The translations under genes and the position numbers were made by a program. From Malacoraja senta (Eukaryota), in NCBI GenBank assembly GCA_038087875.1, contig CM075996.1, positions 3,598,001-3,662,000 on the forward strand: a DNA stretch of 64,000 nucleotides. Direction: 5' to 3'. Shown piece after piece: positions 25,050 through 37,332 of the stretch; the first letter of the stretch is position 1; each line of letters opens with the position of its first letter. The notes under the pieces are model-generated. The model saw only the letters and a program-made list of their open reading frames with translations. It was not told where the DNA came from and did no database searches.

Positions 25050-25545
25050 AGTCAAGATTCAAGAGAGTTTATTGTCATGTGTCCCAGATAGGACAATGAA
25101 ATTCTTGCTTTGCTTCAGTACAACAGAACATAGTAGGCATTGACTACAAAACAGATCAGTGTGTCCATATACCATTATATAAATATATACACACATGAAT
25201 AAATAAACTGATAAAGTGCAAATAACAGATAATGGGCTATTAATGTTCAGAGTTTTGTCCGAGCCAGGTTTAATAGCCTGATGGCTGTGGGGAAGTAGCT
25301 ATTCCTGAACCTGGTCGTTGCAGTCTTCAGGCTCCTGTACCTTCTACCTGAAGGTAGCGGTGAGATGAGTGTGTGGCCAGGGTGGTGTGGGTCCTTGATG
25401 ATGCTGCCAGCCTTTTTGAGGCAGCGACTGCGATAGATCCCCTCGATGGTGGGGAGGTCAGAGCCGATGATGGACCGGGCAGTGTTTACTCCTTTTTGTA
25501 GTCTTTTCCTCTCCAGGGCGCTCACGTTGCCGAACCAAGCCACGA
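25050..25545 (-). mobile_element. Rex1/Babar LINE 3' fragment
   Basis: [17 protein letters not shown]...[39 protein letters not shown] plus 3' UTR. Confidence 0.85.
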
Positions 25546-26024
25546 ACCAAGTCTCGTTCCTGCCCCTTTTCCCATACCCTCTAAATGTTTGAAGAAGGAG
25601 GATCTGAAGAAAGGTCCAGACCCTAAACGTCATCTGTCTATTCCCTCCACAAATGCTGCCTGATCTGCTGAGTTCCTCCAGCAATTTGTGTTTTGCTCGA
25701 GATTCCAAGGTCTAGTTTTGAATGAATTAATGAATAAGTTTATTGGCCAAGTATTCACATACAAGGAGTTTGCCTTGGTGCTCCACCCACAAGTGACAAC
25801 ATGACATACAGTGACAGTTAGGAATGACACATAAAACAGTAAACATTAATAATAAAACACTATCGATTAAACATGTGAATTACTACCTGTGTGGCTCCTC
25901 CAAATGTTTGCTGTCCACCTGCCATTAGCTCCCCCTTGAAAGTTGAGTCGACTTCTACTACCTTTCCAAGCAGTAAAACCCAATTCATTACTACCTCCTG
26001 TCAAGTCGTCAAGTCAAGTTTATT

Positions 26025-26135
26025 GACCACACTGACCTCTCTGTCCTTGGCCTCCTCCACTGTCAGAGTGAGGCCCCGCGCAAATTGGAGGAACAGCTCC
26101 TCATATCTCGCTTGGGCAGCTTACAACGCAGCGGT
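26025..26135 (+). mobile_element. Short Penelope GIY-YIG remnant
   Basis: HTDLSVLGLLHCQSEAPRKLEEQLLISRLGSLQRSG. Confidence 0.7.
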
Positions 26136-26420
26136 GCTGAACTACTTTCTACCTCATTGGAGACCCTCGGGCTATCTTTCATCGGACTTTACTGGCTTTA
26201 TCTTGTACTAAAGGTTATTTCCTTTATCGAGTATCCATACACTGCGAATGGCTCGATTGCAATTATGTATTGTCTTTCCGCTGACTGGTTAGCACGCAAC
26301 AAAAGCTTTTCACTGTACCTCGGTACACGTGACAATAAACTAAACTGAATTGGGGAGAAGTGAAGGATGGGAGTTCTGGAGTGGTTCTGAGGACAGCCCT
26401 GTGAGTTGAGTCAAGGTGTT

Positions 26421-27003
26421 AACATAGAAACATAGAAACATAGAAAATAGGTGCAGGAGGAGGCCATTCGGCCCTTCGAGCCAGCACCGCCATTCATCGT
26501 GATCCTGGCTGATCGTCCCCAATCAATAACCCGTGCCTGCCTTCTCCCCATATCCCTTGATTCCACCAGCCCCTAGAGCTCTATCTAACTCTCTCTTAAA
26601 TCCATCCATTGATTTGGCCTCCACTGCCCTCTGTGGCAGGGAATTCCACAAATTCACAACTCTCTGGGTTAAAACGTTTTTTCTCACCTCAGACTTAAAT
26701 GGCCTCCTCTTTATTCTAAGACTGTGTGTGGCCCCTGCTTCTGGACTCGCCCAACATTGGGAACATTTTTCCTGCATCTAGCCTGTCCAGTCCTTTTATA
26801 ATTTTATATGTTTCTATAAGTTCCCCCCCCCCTCATCCTTCTAAACTCCAGTGAATATAAGCCTAGTCTTTTCAATCTTTCCTCATATGACAGTCCCGCC
26901 ATCCCAGGGATCAATCTCGTGAACCTACGCTGCACTGCCTCAATCGCAAGGATGTCCTTCCTCAAATTAGGAGACCAAAACTGTACACAATACTCCAGAC
27001 ATG
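26421..27003 (-). mobile_element. CR1 LINE 3' fragment, subfamily B
   Basis: [32 protein letters not shown]...; frameshifted. Confidence 0.9.
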
Positions 27004-27579
27004 GATTAAGTGGGAGCTGAGAGCTCTGCTCCATCCACGTGCGCTGTTGGCTGCTCTTGGTGACGTCTGGCAGGCAGGCTGGGGTGAGAGTTCTTCACCT
27101 CCGCGACTCTCTGTGCCCAGGTAGCGGCAGAGTAATGAAGTGACAAGCTGTCCTCTATTAGCTCTAATCGGCTTGATCACGCGCTATAATTTTATTACCG
27201 AGCTCCCTGCTCTCTGACCAGCTGTCAGTGAGTGGATTTATCTGCGAGGCAGAGGGGAGGCGATTGTTGTCATCAGCCTCCCGCGTTCACCTTGTTGGCC
27301 ACCTCTCCACTGGCAAGACCCTTCATCCAAATTGGATCCCTTCCACTCCGTTCATTTTGCTCAAGTTGGGAACCGCTCACAACCCAAACATGGTGTGGCA
27401 TGGGTCCCTTTAGCAGGAACCAGGAGGCCTGCAACAACATGGGACATTACAGCACAGGAACAGAACCTTCGGCCCACAATGTCATGTTCAAACGTGATAG
27501 CAGCAGAATTAGGCCATTCGGCCCATCATCTCTACTCCGCCATTCAATCATGGCTGATCTACCTCGATATGGTGGCCGA

Positions 27580-28328
27580 TTAGGAAAAGGGGAGATGCAA
27601 CGAGACCTGGGTGTCATGGTACACCAGTCATTGAAAGCAGGCATGCAGGTGCAGCAGGCAGTGAAGAAAGCGAATGGTATGTTAGCATTCATAGCAAAAG
27701 GATTTGAGTATAGGAGCAGGGAGGTTCTACTGCAGTTGTACAGGGTCTTGGTGAGACTACACCTGGAGTATTGCGTACAGTTTTGGTCTCCAAATCTGAG
27801 GAAAGACATTCTTGCCATAGAGGGAGTACAGAGAAGGTTCACCAGACTGATTCCTGGGATGTCAGGACTTTCATATGAAGAAAGACTGGATAGACTCGGC
27901 TTGTACTCGCTAGAATTTAGAAGATTGAGGGGGGATCTTATAGAAACGTACAAAATTCTTAAGGGGTTGGACAGGCTAGATGCAGGAAGATTGTTCCCGA
28001 TGTTGGGGAAGTCCAGAACAAGGGGTCACAGTTTAAGGATAAAGGGGAAATATTTTAGGACCGAGATGAGAAAAACATTTTTCACACAGAGAGTGGTGAA
28101 TCTGTGGAATTCTCTGCCACAGAGGGTAGTTGAGGCCAGTTCATTGGCTATATTTAAGAGGGAGTTAGATGTGGCCCTTGTGGTTAAAAAGATCAGGGGG
28201 TATGGAGAGAAGGCAGGTACAGGATACTGAGTTGGATGATCAGCTATGATCATATTGAATGGCGGTGCAGGCTCGAAGGGCCGAATGGCCTACTCCTGCA
28301 CCTATTTTCTATGTTTCTATGTTTCTAT
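27580..28328 (+). mobile_element. CR1 LINE 3' fragment, subfamily C, uninterrupted ORF2 C-terminus
   Basis: QRDLGVMVHQSLK...AVKKANGMLAFI...[11 protein letters not shown]...GYGEKAGTGY* open for over 200 codons; inserted in an older minus-strand CR1 tail. Confidence 0.92.
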
Positions 28329-29911
28329 ATCCCAACCCCGTTCTCCTGCCTTCTCCCCATAACCCCTGACACCCCCCACTAATCAAGACCCTTTCTATCT
28401 CTGCCTTAAAAATATCTATTGATTTGCCTCCACAGCCTTCTGTGGCAATGAATTCTGTGCCAAACATAATACCAAGATAAACTAAACTCATCTGTTTACT
28501 CATGATCCATATCCTTCATTGCCTGCATACCCATGTCCCTAGAAAAAGCCTCTTAAATGCCACTAACGTATTTACCTCCACTGCCACCCCTGGCAACGTG
28601 TTCAAGGCTCTAGGTAAAATAAATATTCCCCACATATCTCCTTTAAACTTTATCCCACTCGTCTTAAAAATATGCTCTCTCGTCTTTGACGTTTCCACCT
28701 TGGTGGGGGAAAGGTTCTGACTGTCTAACCTATCTGTCTGTGCCTTTATACTTTTATCAGGTCTTCCCTTAACCTCTGCCATTCCAGAGCAAACAATCCA
28801 CATTTGTCCAACCTCTCCCTGTAGCTAATTCCCCCTAATCCAGGCAGCATTCTGGTAAACCTCCTCTGCACCCTCTCCTCAGCCTCCACCTGCTTCCTGG
28901 AATGGGGGGCGACCACAGCTGTGTGCAATACTCCAAATGTGGCCCACCCAAAGTCTTATAGAGCCCCATCATGAATTCCTGACTCTCTCACTCAAAGGCG
29001 GCGAGCATACCATACATGTAATCATTTGTCTATCCTTCCTCATCACCGCGCTGGAAATGCCAGAATTTCACGTGGCATGTTTTGGAAGCAGCCTCTTATT
29101 ATCTTGTATTTATTGCATTTCCCGGGAAAATCATCTTATTGAGTAATATTGAGTTTTCCGTCATGTTATATTGTGTTTCTCAGAGCTGCTTGAGAGAATG
29201 TTACATACTAACTAATATGTTATGAATATGTTAAACCTCTCAACTTAGATAGCAGTAGTTGCACCAACAGAACACACTTAACCCTGGGAAGGAAGCTAAT
29301 CATTCTCTGCCTCGAGGAGTAAGACTGGGTTCTTTGACCCCGAAAACTCAATTAAAACCTTCAACGAGATCATTGTTAATCAGTATCTAAATTCCACTTG
29401 TCCACATCTCCTTCCTTAAATCCTTCTTCAACATGAACCCAGTGACATCAAGTCTTGAGGATAGACACAAAATGCAAGCAGTACCTCTGGAGAGAAGGAA
29501 CGGGTGACACTTGGGCTGAAGAAGGGTCTCGACCCGAAACATCACCCATTCCTTCTCTCCAGAAATGGTGCCTGACCCGCTGAGTTACTCCAGCATTTTG
29601 TGTCTATCTTCGGTGTAAATCAGCATCTGCAGTTCCTTCCGAAACATAGTCTTGAATGTTTCCATTGAATCCTGGTGACCTTGGTCTTCGAGGGGAAAGT
29701 TTCTGATTTCCACCCTCCTTTGTGTAAAAAATCACCTCTGAAATGGCTTTGCCTGATTTTACCACCCCTTTATTTCTGAATTTGCTCAATATAGGAGATT
29801 GTTTTGCTACTTCTATCCTATCGAAGCTGTGAAACCCTTTAAATATCCCCTCAATCATCTTATCTCCAGGGAAGGCAAGACAAATGTAGGAAAACCCATC
29901 CTCATAATCTA

Positions 29912-30222
29912 GAGCGCAGCGGTAGAGTTGCTGCCTCACAGCGCCAGAGACCCGGGTTCGATCCTGACTATAGGTGCTGTCTGTACAGAGTTTGTACGTT
30001 CATCCCCGTGACCTGCGTGGGTTTTCTCCGAGATCTTCAGTTTCCTCCCACACTCCAAAGACGTACAGGTTTGCCGGTCAATTGGCTTGGTATGAATGTA
30101 AATTGTCCCTAGAGTGTGTAGGATAGTGTTAGTGTGCGGGGATCGCTGGTTGGTGCCGTCCCGGTGGGCCGATGGGCCTGTTTCTGCGCTGTATCTCTAA
30201 ACTAAACTAAACTAAACGAAAC
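29912..30222 (+). mobile_element. V-SINE (HE1-like)
   Basis: GCGCAGCGGTAGAGTTGCTGCC...GGTTCGATCC...(TAAAC)n. Confidence 0.88.
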
Positions 30223-30859
30223 TAACTCTTTGAACTCCTGGTGCAATTCTCATCATCGTGCGCTGCATCCCCTTAAAATCTGGTACAAAATCATGGTGAT
30301 TCAGTGCTCAAAACTGAACCTTGTTTTCTAGATGAAGTCGAACAGCATAAGATGTTGGTGAGGCTGCATTTGGAGTATTGTGTTCAGTTTTGATCACCCT
30401 GCGCATGGAAGGAGGTCATTAAACTGGAAAGAGTGCAGAGGAGGTTTATGCGGATGTTGCCAGGACTCAAGGGCCTGAGCCATAAGGAGAGATTGGGCAA
30501 GCTAGCTAGGTCTTTATTCTTTGGAGTGTAGGAGACTAAGAGGTGACCTTGCAGAGGTGTATAAAACCATGAGGATGAATGCACGGAATCTTTTACCCGG
30601 GATAGGGGCAACAAGAACCAGTGGAGAGAGATGTAAGGTGGGAGGGGAAAGAATGAATAGGAAAATGGAATGATCTGCCAGAGGAGGAACTGTAGTTGAG
30701 ACAGGTACAATAACATCATTTAAAACACACCTGGACAGGTACATGGATAGGAAACATTTGGGATATGGGCCAAATGGGGTAGCTTAGATTGGGCATTTTG
30801 GTCTGAAGGGCCTGTTTCTGTGCTCTATGATGCTATGACTAAAAAAACTAAAACGGGAG

Positions 30860-31059
30860 NNNNNNNNNNNNNNNNNNNNNNNNNNNNNNNNNNNNNNNNN
30901 NNNNNNNNNNNNNNNNNNNNNNNNNNNNNNNNNNNNNNNNNNNNNNNNNNNNNNNNNNNNNNNNNNNNNNNNNNNNNNNNNNNNNNNNNNNNNNNNNNNN
31001 NNNNNNNNNNNNNNNNNNNNNNNNNNNNNNNNNNNNNNNNNNNNNNNNNNNNNNNNNNN
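30860..31059. other. Assembly gap (200 N)
   Basis: Run of N; true size unknown, contiguity across it not guaranteed. Confidence 0.99.
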
Positions 31060-31708
31060 CGGCTTCAAAATGGTGTAGGCCGCAGGCCGGCGGTCGAAGA
31101 TCTAAAGTCCTAAACTAAATTAAACTACTCTATCGTGGTTCTCAGGCCTCTCCTAGTTTTTGGTGGCCAGAATCGGATATAACGCTACAAGTGGGACACT
31201 GGCTTTTGTACTCTGGCCCCCAATTAATGTTCCAGCGAACATTTTGTTTTTTGGGCTGGTGGCTTAGACCTACACTGTTAATTCAACGTAACATTCAATG
31301 ATAGAAAGACACAGGAGTACCACTGAGCCAAATGGTGCTGCATTAAACATTGTTAGAGCTACGCTGTGGCACCGATCCATCATTGCTGTTTCTCATTCTG
31401 AACATGTCAGGAAGAAGGAACTCTGTAATGAAGGCATATATTATTCTGCTGTCACAAATGCATGGAGTGATTACTGGCGGGCGGCTTTGTGATTATCTTT
31501 AACAGAACATACACCTTATAAGTATCTTTATTGTGATGGATAATGTTTATTTTTGCAACTGATTAATTATGGTTAAATTTGATTAGTCATTTTAGCTAGA
31601 AAAAATTGTCCATCGTTTCATATTTTCTATCTTCCAAACTGATATTGCATTAGAGAGGAGAGGAGTGATGCTTATCATTGCAGTGTCATTTGGACTGTTC
31701 TCAGGGCT

Positions 31709-31764
31709 GTGCGTGTGTGCGTGCTTGTGTGTGTGTGTGTGCGTGCTCGTGTGTGTGTGCGTGC

Positions 31765-31813
<49 letters not shown>

Positions 31814-32103
31814 CTTGTGTGTGTGTGTGCGTGCTTGTGTGTGTGTGTGCGTGCTTGTGTGTGTGTGTGCGTGCTTGTGTGTGTGTGTGCGTGCTTGTGT
31901 GTGTGTGTGCGTGCTTGTGTGTGTGTGCGTGCTCGTGTGTGTGTGTGCGTGCTTGTGTGTGTGTGTGTGTGCTTGTGTGTGTGTGTGCGTGCTTGTGTAT
32001 GTGTGTGTGTGCGTGCTTGTGTGTGTGTGTGTGTGTGCGTGCTTGTGTGTGTGTGTGTGTGTGTGTGCGTGCGCGTGCTTGTGTGTGTGTGTGTGTGCGT
32101 GCT

Positions 32104-32134
<31 letters not shown>

Positions 32135-32165
32135 GTGTGCGCGTGCTTGTGTGTGTGCACGTGCT
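31709..32165. repeat. Compound (GT)n microsatellite punctuated by GCGTGCTT
   Basis: Visible directly in the sequence. Confidence 0.97.
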
Positions 32166-32555
32166 TGAGCGCATGCATATGTGCGTGCATATATATTATA
32201 TATATATGGATATATATGGACTTTATTTCCCGTTTATTATATTGTTTACCGAACACCATGTTTACATATTCTGTTGTGATGCTGCAGGTAAGAATGTCAT
32301 TGTTCTCTCTGGGACACATGACAATAAAACACTCTTGACTATTGGCATATCATCGGATTCTTCCTCAATGTTATCAGAATCTGGAACAGACCACTCTTGT
32401 GCTAGGGGTGAATTACTGATCATCCAATCTACCTCCTTGTGGCCCTTTTACTTTATTTTATTTGCACTTTCTCTGAATAACACTATATTCTGAATTTTAT
32501 TTATGCACCACCTGATGTGGAGTAGTGATCCTTAGCATTGCAGTGTCATTTGGAC

Positions 32556-32790
32556 TGCGTGCATGTGTGTGCACGTGTGCGGTGTGTGTGTGCGCCTGTG
32601 TGCACGTGTGTGTGCGTTTGCATGTGTGTGGGGTGTGTGTGCACATGTGTGCATGTGTGTGCGGTGTGTGTGTGCGTTGTGTGTGCGCCTTTGTGCATGT
32701 GTGTGTGCACGTGTGTGTGCGTGTGCGTGTGTGCGGTGTGTATGCGCCTGTGAGCACGTGTGTGCACATGTGTGTGTGTGTGCACATGTC
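32556..32790. repeat. Degenerate (GT/GC/CA) alternating purine-pyrimidine tract
   Basis: Visible directly in the sequence. Confidence 0.9.
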
Positions 32791-33299
32791 TGTATTTACA
32801 CATACCTACATATATGTGTGACTGTGCCTTTGTTCCTGTAATTGCATGCGTGCTTACGTACATATTAGCATAAATATATGTGTGTGTTCTTTACAATGAT
32901 ATATTCTTCCATGTTTATGCGTGTGTGAGTACGTATGAATAAGGTCTCTTACCATCCAATACAATTAATTTAATTCCATTAGTAAAAGGAAGACAGAGCA
33001 ATGGACAAGAGATAAAGTTGTACTTTGCATTTATTAAGAATGGAAGGTGTTGAGGAAATGCTTGAATTTAATCTTCGAAGCATGAATGAATTGCCTGATG
33101 TTTTTTGGGCAAAATATTTCACTGAGCCCACAGGGAAGGGCTGAATATAACATTTCTGAGCTTCTATCAGAAGCCTGTGTCTATTATGTGTGTTTCAAAT
33201 TTGTGCAATGTATTTTGGAGCTGATACATTGCAAATTTGTATAGTATTCTGCATTTAAAGGTGCCTGCGGTTTTAGGCTACAAATAACGTTATTGTTAA

Positions 33300-33727
33300 A
33301 TTGGAGATAGCTTCGCCAAACACCTCCGCTCAGTTTGCAGTAACCAACCTGATCTCCAGGTGGCTCAGCACCTCAACTCCCCCTCCCATTTCAAATCCGA
33401 CCTTTCTGTCCTGGGCCTCCTCCATTGCCAGAGTGAGTCCCACCGCAAATTGGAGGAGCAGCATCTCATATTCTGCTTGGGTAGTTTACACCCCAGCGGT
33501 ATGAACATTGACTTCCCCAATTTCAGGTAGTCCTTGCTTTCTCCCTCCTTCCCCTCCCCTTCTTAGCACTCCCACAGCCTACTGTCTCAGCCTTTTCCTT
33601 TCTTTTTCCCGCCCCCACCCCCACATCAGTCTGAAGAAGGGTCACGACCTGAAACGTCGCCTATTTCCTTCGCTCCGTAGATGCTGCCTCACCCGCTGAG
33701 TTTCTCCAGCATTTTTGTCTACCTTCA
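33300..33727 (+). mobile_element. Penelope-like element 3' end: GIY-YIG C-terminus, 3' UTR and hammerhead-like motif
   Basis: Frame from 33303: GDSFAKHLRSVCSNQPDLQVAQHLNSPSHFKSDLSVLGLLHCQSESHRKLEEQHLIFCLGSLHPSGMNIDFPNFR* (stop 33528-33530); CTGAAGAAGGGTCACGACCTGAAACGTC at 33631-33658 on the same strand. Confidence 0.85.
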
Positions 33728-33784
33728 TTTGTTAAAGTTATTCTTTGTGAAGTACTCAGCAACAAAATTGTATTACACCTTTTA

Positions 33785-34070
33785 CTTTCGAGAGACAGCA
33801 TGGAAACCGGCCCTTCACCCCACCGAGTCCGCGAGGACCAGCAATCACCCCGCTTACTAACACTATCCAAGGCACACCAAGGACAATTTACACTTATACC
33901 AAGCCAATAAACCGACAGACGTCTTTGGAGTGTGGGAGGAAACCGAAGATCTCGGAGAAAACCCACGAGAACGTGCAAACTTCGTACAGACAGCACCCGT
34001 AGTCAGGATCGAACCTGGGTCTACTGGTGCTGTAAAGCAGCAACTCTACCGCTGCGCCACCGTGCCGCCC
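33785..34070 (-). mobile_element. V-SINE (HE1-like)
   Basis: Head GGGCGGCACGGTGGCGCAGCGGTAGAG on the minus strand. Confidence 0.85.
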
Positions 34071-34294
34071 TTAATGGTGACCATGTAACCTCTGGTTGTG
34101 GATACAACTATATCCGGTCTCTATTATCCTTCGAGGTTTTGAAAATCTGCCTTCCTTATCCTGAATGTGAACCCAAAGTGATTGACTACTCACTCAGTTC
34201 ACAGGCTATTAAGAATTGACAATAAATTCTGCCCTTGCCAATGACGTTCACATCCCGCAAACAAAAACAAATGTGGCAATCCAGCTGATGTATT

Positions 34295-34617
34295 AGTTTA
34301 GTTTAGTTTAGAGATACAGCGTGGGAAACAGGCCCATCGGCCCACCGAGTCCATGCCGACCAGTGATGCCCGCACGTTAACACTATTCTGCACACACTAG
34401 GGACGATTTACAATTTTACCAAAGCTAATTGACCTACAAACCTGCATGTCTTTGGAGTGTGAGAGGAAACTGGAGCACCCGGAGAAAACCCACGCAGATC
34501 ATGGGTAGAACGTGCAAACTCCGCATAGACAGCACCCGTAATTGGGATTGAACCCGGGTCTCTGGTGCTGCAAGCATTGTAAGGCAACAACTCTACCGCG
34601 GCACCGTTGTGCTGCCC
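34295..34617 (-). mobile_element. V-SINE (HE1-like)
   Basis: Full-length; head-to-head with the next copy. Confidence 0.85.
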
Positions 34618-34660
34618 ATTATATGTCTGAAGTCATGAAGGCAATTATATTGCAAGAATT

Positions 34661-34985
34661 GGAGCGGCACGGTGGCACAGCAGTAGAGTCGCTGCCTAAC
34701 ATCGCTTGCAGCGCCAGAAACACGGGTTCGATCCCGACTACGGATGCTGTCTGTGTGGAGTTTGTACGTTCTTCCCGTGACTTGCGTGGGTTTTCTCCGA
34801 GATCTTCGGTTTCCTCCTGCACTCCAAAGACCTACAGGTTTGTAGATTAATAGGCTTGGTACAAATGTAAAAATTGTCCCTAGTGGGTGTAGGATAGTGC
34901 TAGTGTGCGGGGATAGCTGGTCAGTGCGGACCTGGTGGGCTGAAGGGCCTGTTTCCGTGCTGTACTGTATCTCTAAACTAAAAAC
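34661..34985 (+). mobile_element. V-SINE (HE1-like)
   Basis: Full-length; B box GGTTCGATCC. Confidence 0.87.
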
Positions 34986-35789
34986 AATTGCAGAAGAGGA
35001 GGTGAGACCAGGTGTGTACGAGGCCCAGAGGGGTAGGGTCTTCAGAAATATCAAATGTGTTTCAGTGAGCAAGAGACTGGGTGAAAATTTAGATGAATTT
35101 GACAAGAGACAAGAGAGTTTATTGTCATATGTCCCAGATAGGGCAATGAAATTGTGACTATGTATTGATGTAGATAGACACAAAATGATGGAGTAACTCA
35201 GCGGGACAGGCAGCATCTCTGGCGAGAAGGAATGGGTGACGTTTCTGGTCAACAGCCTTCTTCAGACTGAGAGTCATGGGAGATGGAAACCGGAGATATG
35301 GAATGGTAAGGTGTGAAAAGGACAGATCAAAGCAGATGTTGATTAAGGAAATGTAGAATGGTTCATTGTTAGCTGAGGGGAGGATGATTAGGACGATAAT
35401 TAATCAGGAGGACAGTGAAACTAGCGGGAGAACTAGGGTGGGGTGAGGGATGGAGATGAATGTAATTAGTTAACTGTTGCTGTTAGTTCATGTATCTGGA
35501 AGGCTGATGGTTTGCATTGATATCTTAAAAAGGAAAACTGTACGTATTAGCATTAATGTTCCTTTAAGAATAGAGTGCGCCACATAGTATAATTTTGATA
35601 AATTGTTACAGACGATGCCATTAGTTGAGATTAACTGCCTTCAGTGAAGAATATTGTTGATGGTTCAACCTCTATTTACCCGGTTATGTAAGCAGCAATG
35701 CAGCAAGATTTGCCGCGCTGTTGTTCAGCGCAGTATTGAGGGAGAGCTGCACCGCTGCAGGCATTTTGTTATTACTGCAGGCATATTAT

Positions 35790-36190
35790 GGGCTGTACGG
35801 TGGTGCAGCGGTAGAGCTGCTGCCTTTCAGCGCCAGAGACCCGGGTTCGATCCTGACTACAGGTGCTGTCTTTATGGAGTTTGCACGTTCTCCCCGTGAC
35901 CTGTTTGGGTTTCCTCCCACACTCCAAAGACCTACAGGTTGGTAGTCAGACAAAAGTGCTGGAGAAACTCAGCGGGTGCGGCAGTATCTATGGAGCGAAG
36001 GAAATAGGCGACGTTTCGGGCCGAAACCCTTCTTCAGACTTGTTCCGACAGGTTTGTAGGCTAATTGGTTTGGTTAAATTGTAAATTATCCCTAGTGTGT
36101 GTCGGACAGCGTTAATGTGCAGTGATCGCTGGTCGGCGTGGACTCAATGGGCCAAAGGGCCTGCTTCCGTGCTGTATCTCTAATCTATAC
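35790..36190 (+). mobile_element. V-SINE with Penelope pLTR insertion (about 35945-36040)
   Basis: SINE head and tail split by a sequence with an intact minus-strand CTGAAGAAGGGTTTCGGCCCGAAACGTC (36010-36037). Confidence 0.8.
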
Positions 36191-37031
36191 TAAACTCGAG
36201 GATTTTCTGTGTACGAAGGAACTGCAGATGCTGGTTTACAACAAAGATAGTCACAAAAAGCTGGAGTAACTCAGCAGGACAGGCAGCATCTCTTTCAGAT
36301 TCACGGACAGCTTCTTCCCTGCTGCTACCAGCCAACTGAACCATCCTACCACAACCAGAGAGCAGCCCTGAAGTACTATCTACCTCATTAGTCACGCTCG
36401 GACTATCTTTGGTTGGACGTCACTTACTTTTTATGGTCATTTTTAGAGTTTTTTTCATCAAACATTATTCCCTCATCATGTATCTGTATATTGTGAATGG
36501 CTCGATTGTAATCATGTATTGTCTTTCTGCTGACTGGTTAGCACGCAACAAAAGTTCTTCACTGTACCTCAGTACACGTGGCAATAAAGTCAAACTGAAA
36601 CTGAACTAAAAAAGGAATAGTTGACGTTTCGGGTCGGGACCCATCTTCAGACGGCATGAGCGATACGATCGCCCAGTCTGAGCTTGGTCTCTCCGATATA
36701 TAGGAGAATTTTCTCGTTGGTTAAAGGTCTTCTATGCATGCACGCATGCATGCAGAAGCATCCTGACTTGTGCAGTAGCACCAATAATGTTCAGTGCATG
36801 TTTTAATGGTCCATCTGGCCAAGTCAATTGTGTATGCAGGTACAATTGCATGCACAAGCAAGTGAAGGTTGCTTCGGAGTAATTCCAACTATATCCTCCT
36901 GGTCTCTTTGAGGCCATTGAATCTGGTGCATATAATCCCCTGATGAGTGGGCCCTTTAGGTTTTATAGCTGCACAGCAGTTCCAGCAGCATCTGTGGAGA
37001 TAAAACCGAGTTAATAAGTTTTAAAGAAATC

Positions 37032-37332
37032 AGTTTAGTTTAGAGATACCTAGTGGGAACAGCCCCTTCAGCACACTGAGTTGGTGCCGACCAGCGATCC
37101 CCGTACACTAGCACGATGGGACAATTTCAAATTTTTACTGAAGCCAATTTACCTACAAACCTCTTTGTGCGTCTTTGTAGCTGTGGGAGGAAGCCGAAGC
37201 ACCTGGGGAAAACCCACACGGTCACAGGGAGAACGTACAGACTCCCTACAGACAGCTCGGGTCAGGATCAAACCTGGGTCTCTGGCGCTGTAAGTCAGCA
37301 ACTCTACCGTTTCATCACTGTGCCTGCCACCC
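37032..37332 (-). mobile_element. V-SINE (HE1-like)
   Basis: Diverged but complete on the minus strand. Confidence 0.78.

Noticed and set aside
27232..28230. 332-aa ORF as a host gene
   Set aside because: Only the part from about 27580 is meaningful and it is CR1 ORF2; the N-terminus is chance read-through of unique DNA and antisense repeat.
31665..32863. Long Cys/Val- or His/Thr-rich ORFs
   Set aside because: Translations of (GT)n/(CA)n microsatellites.
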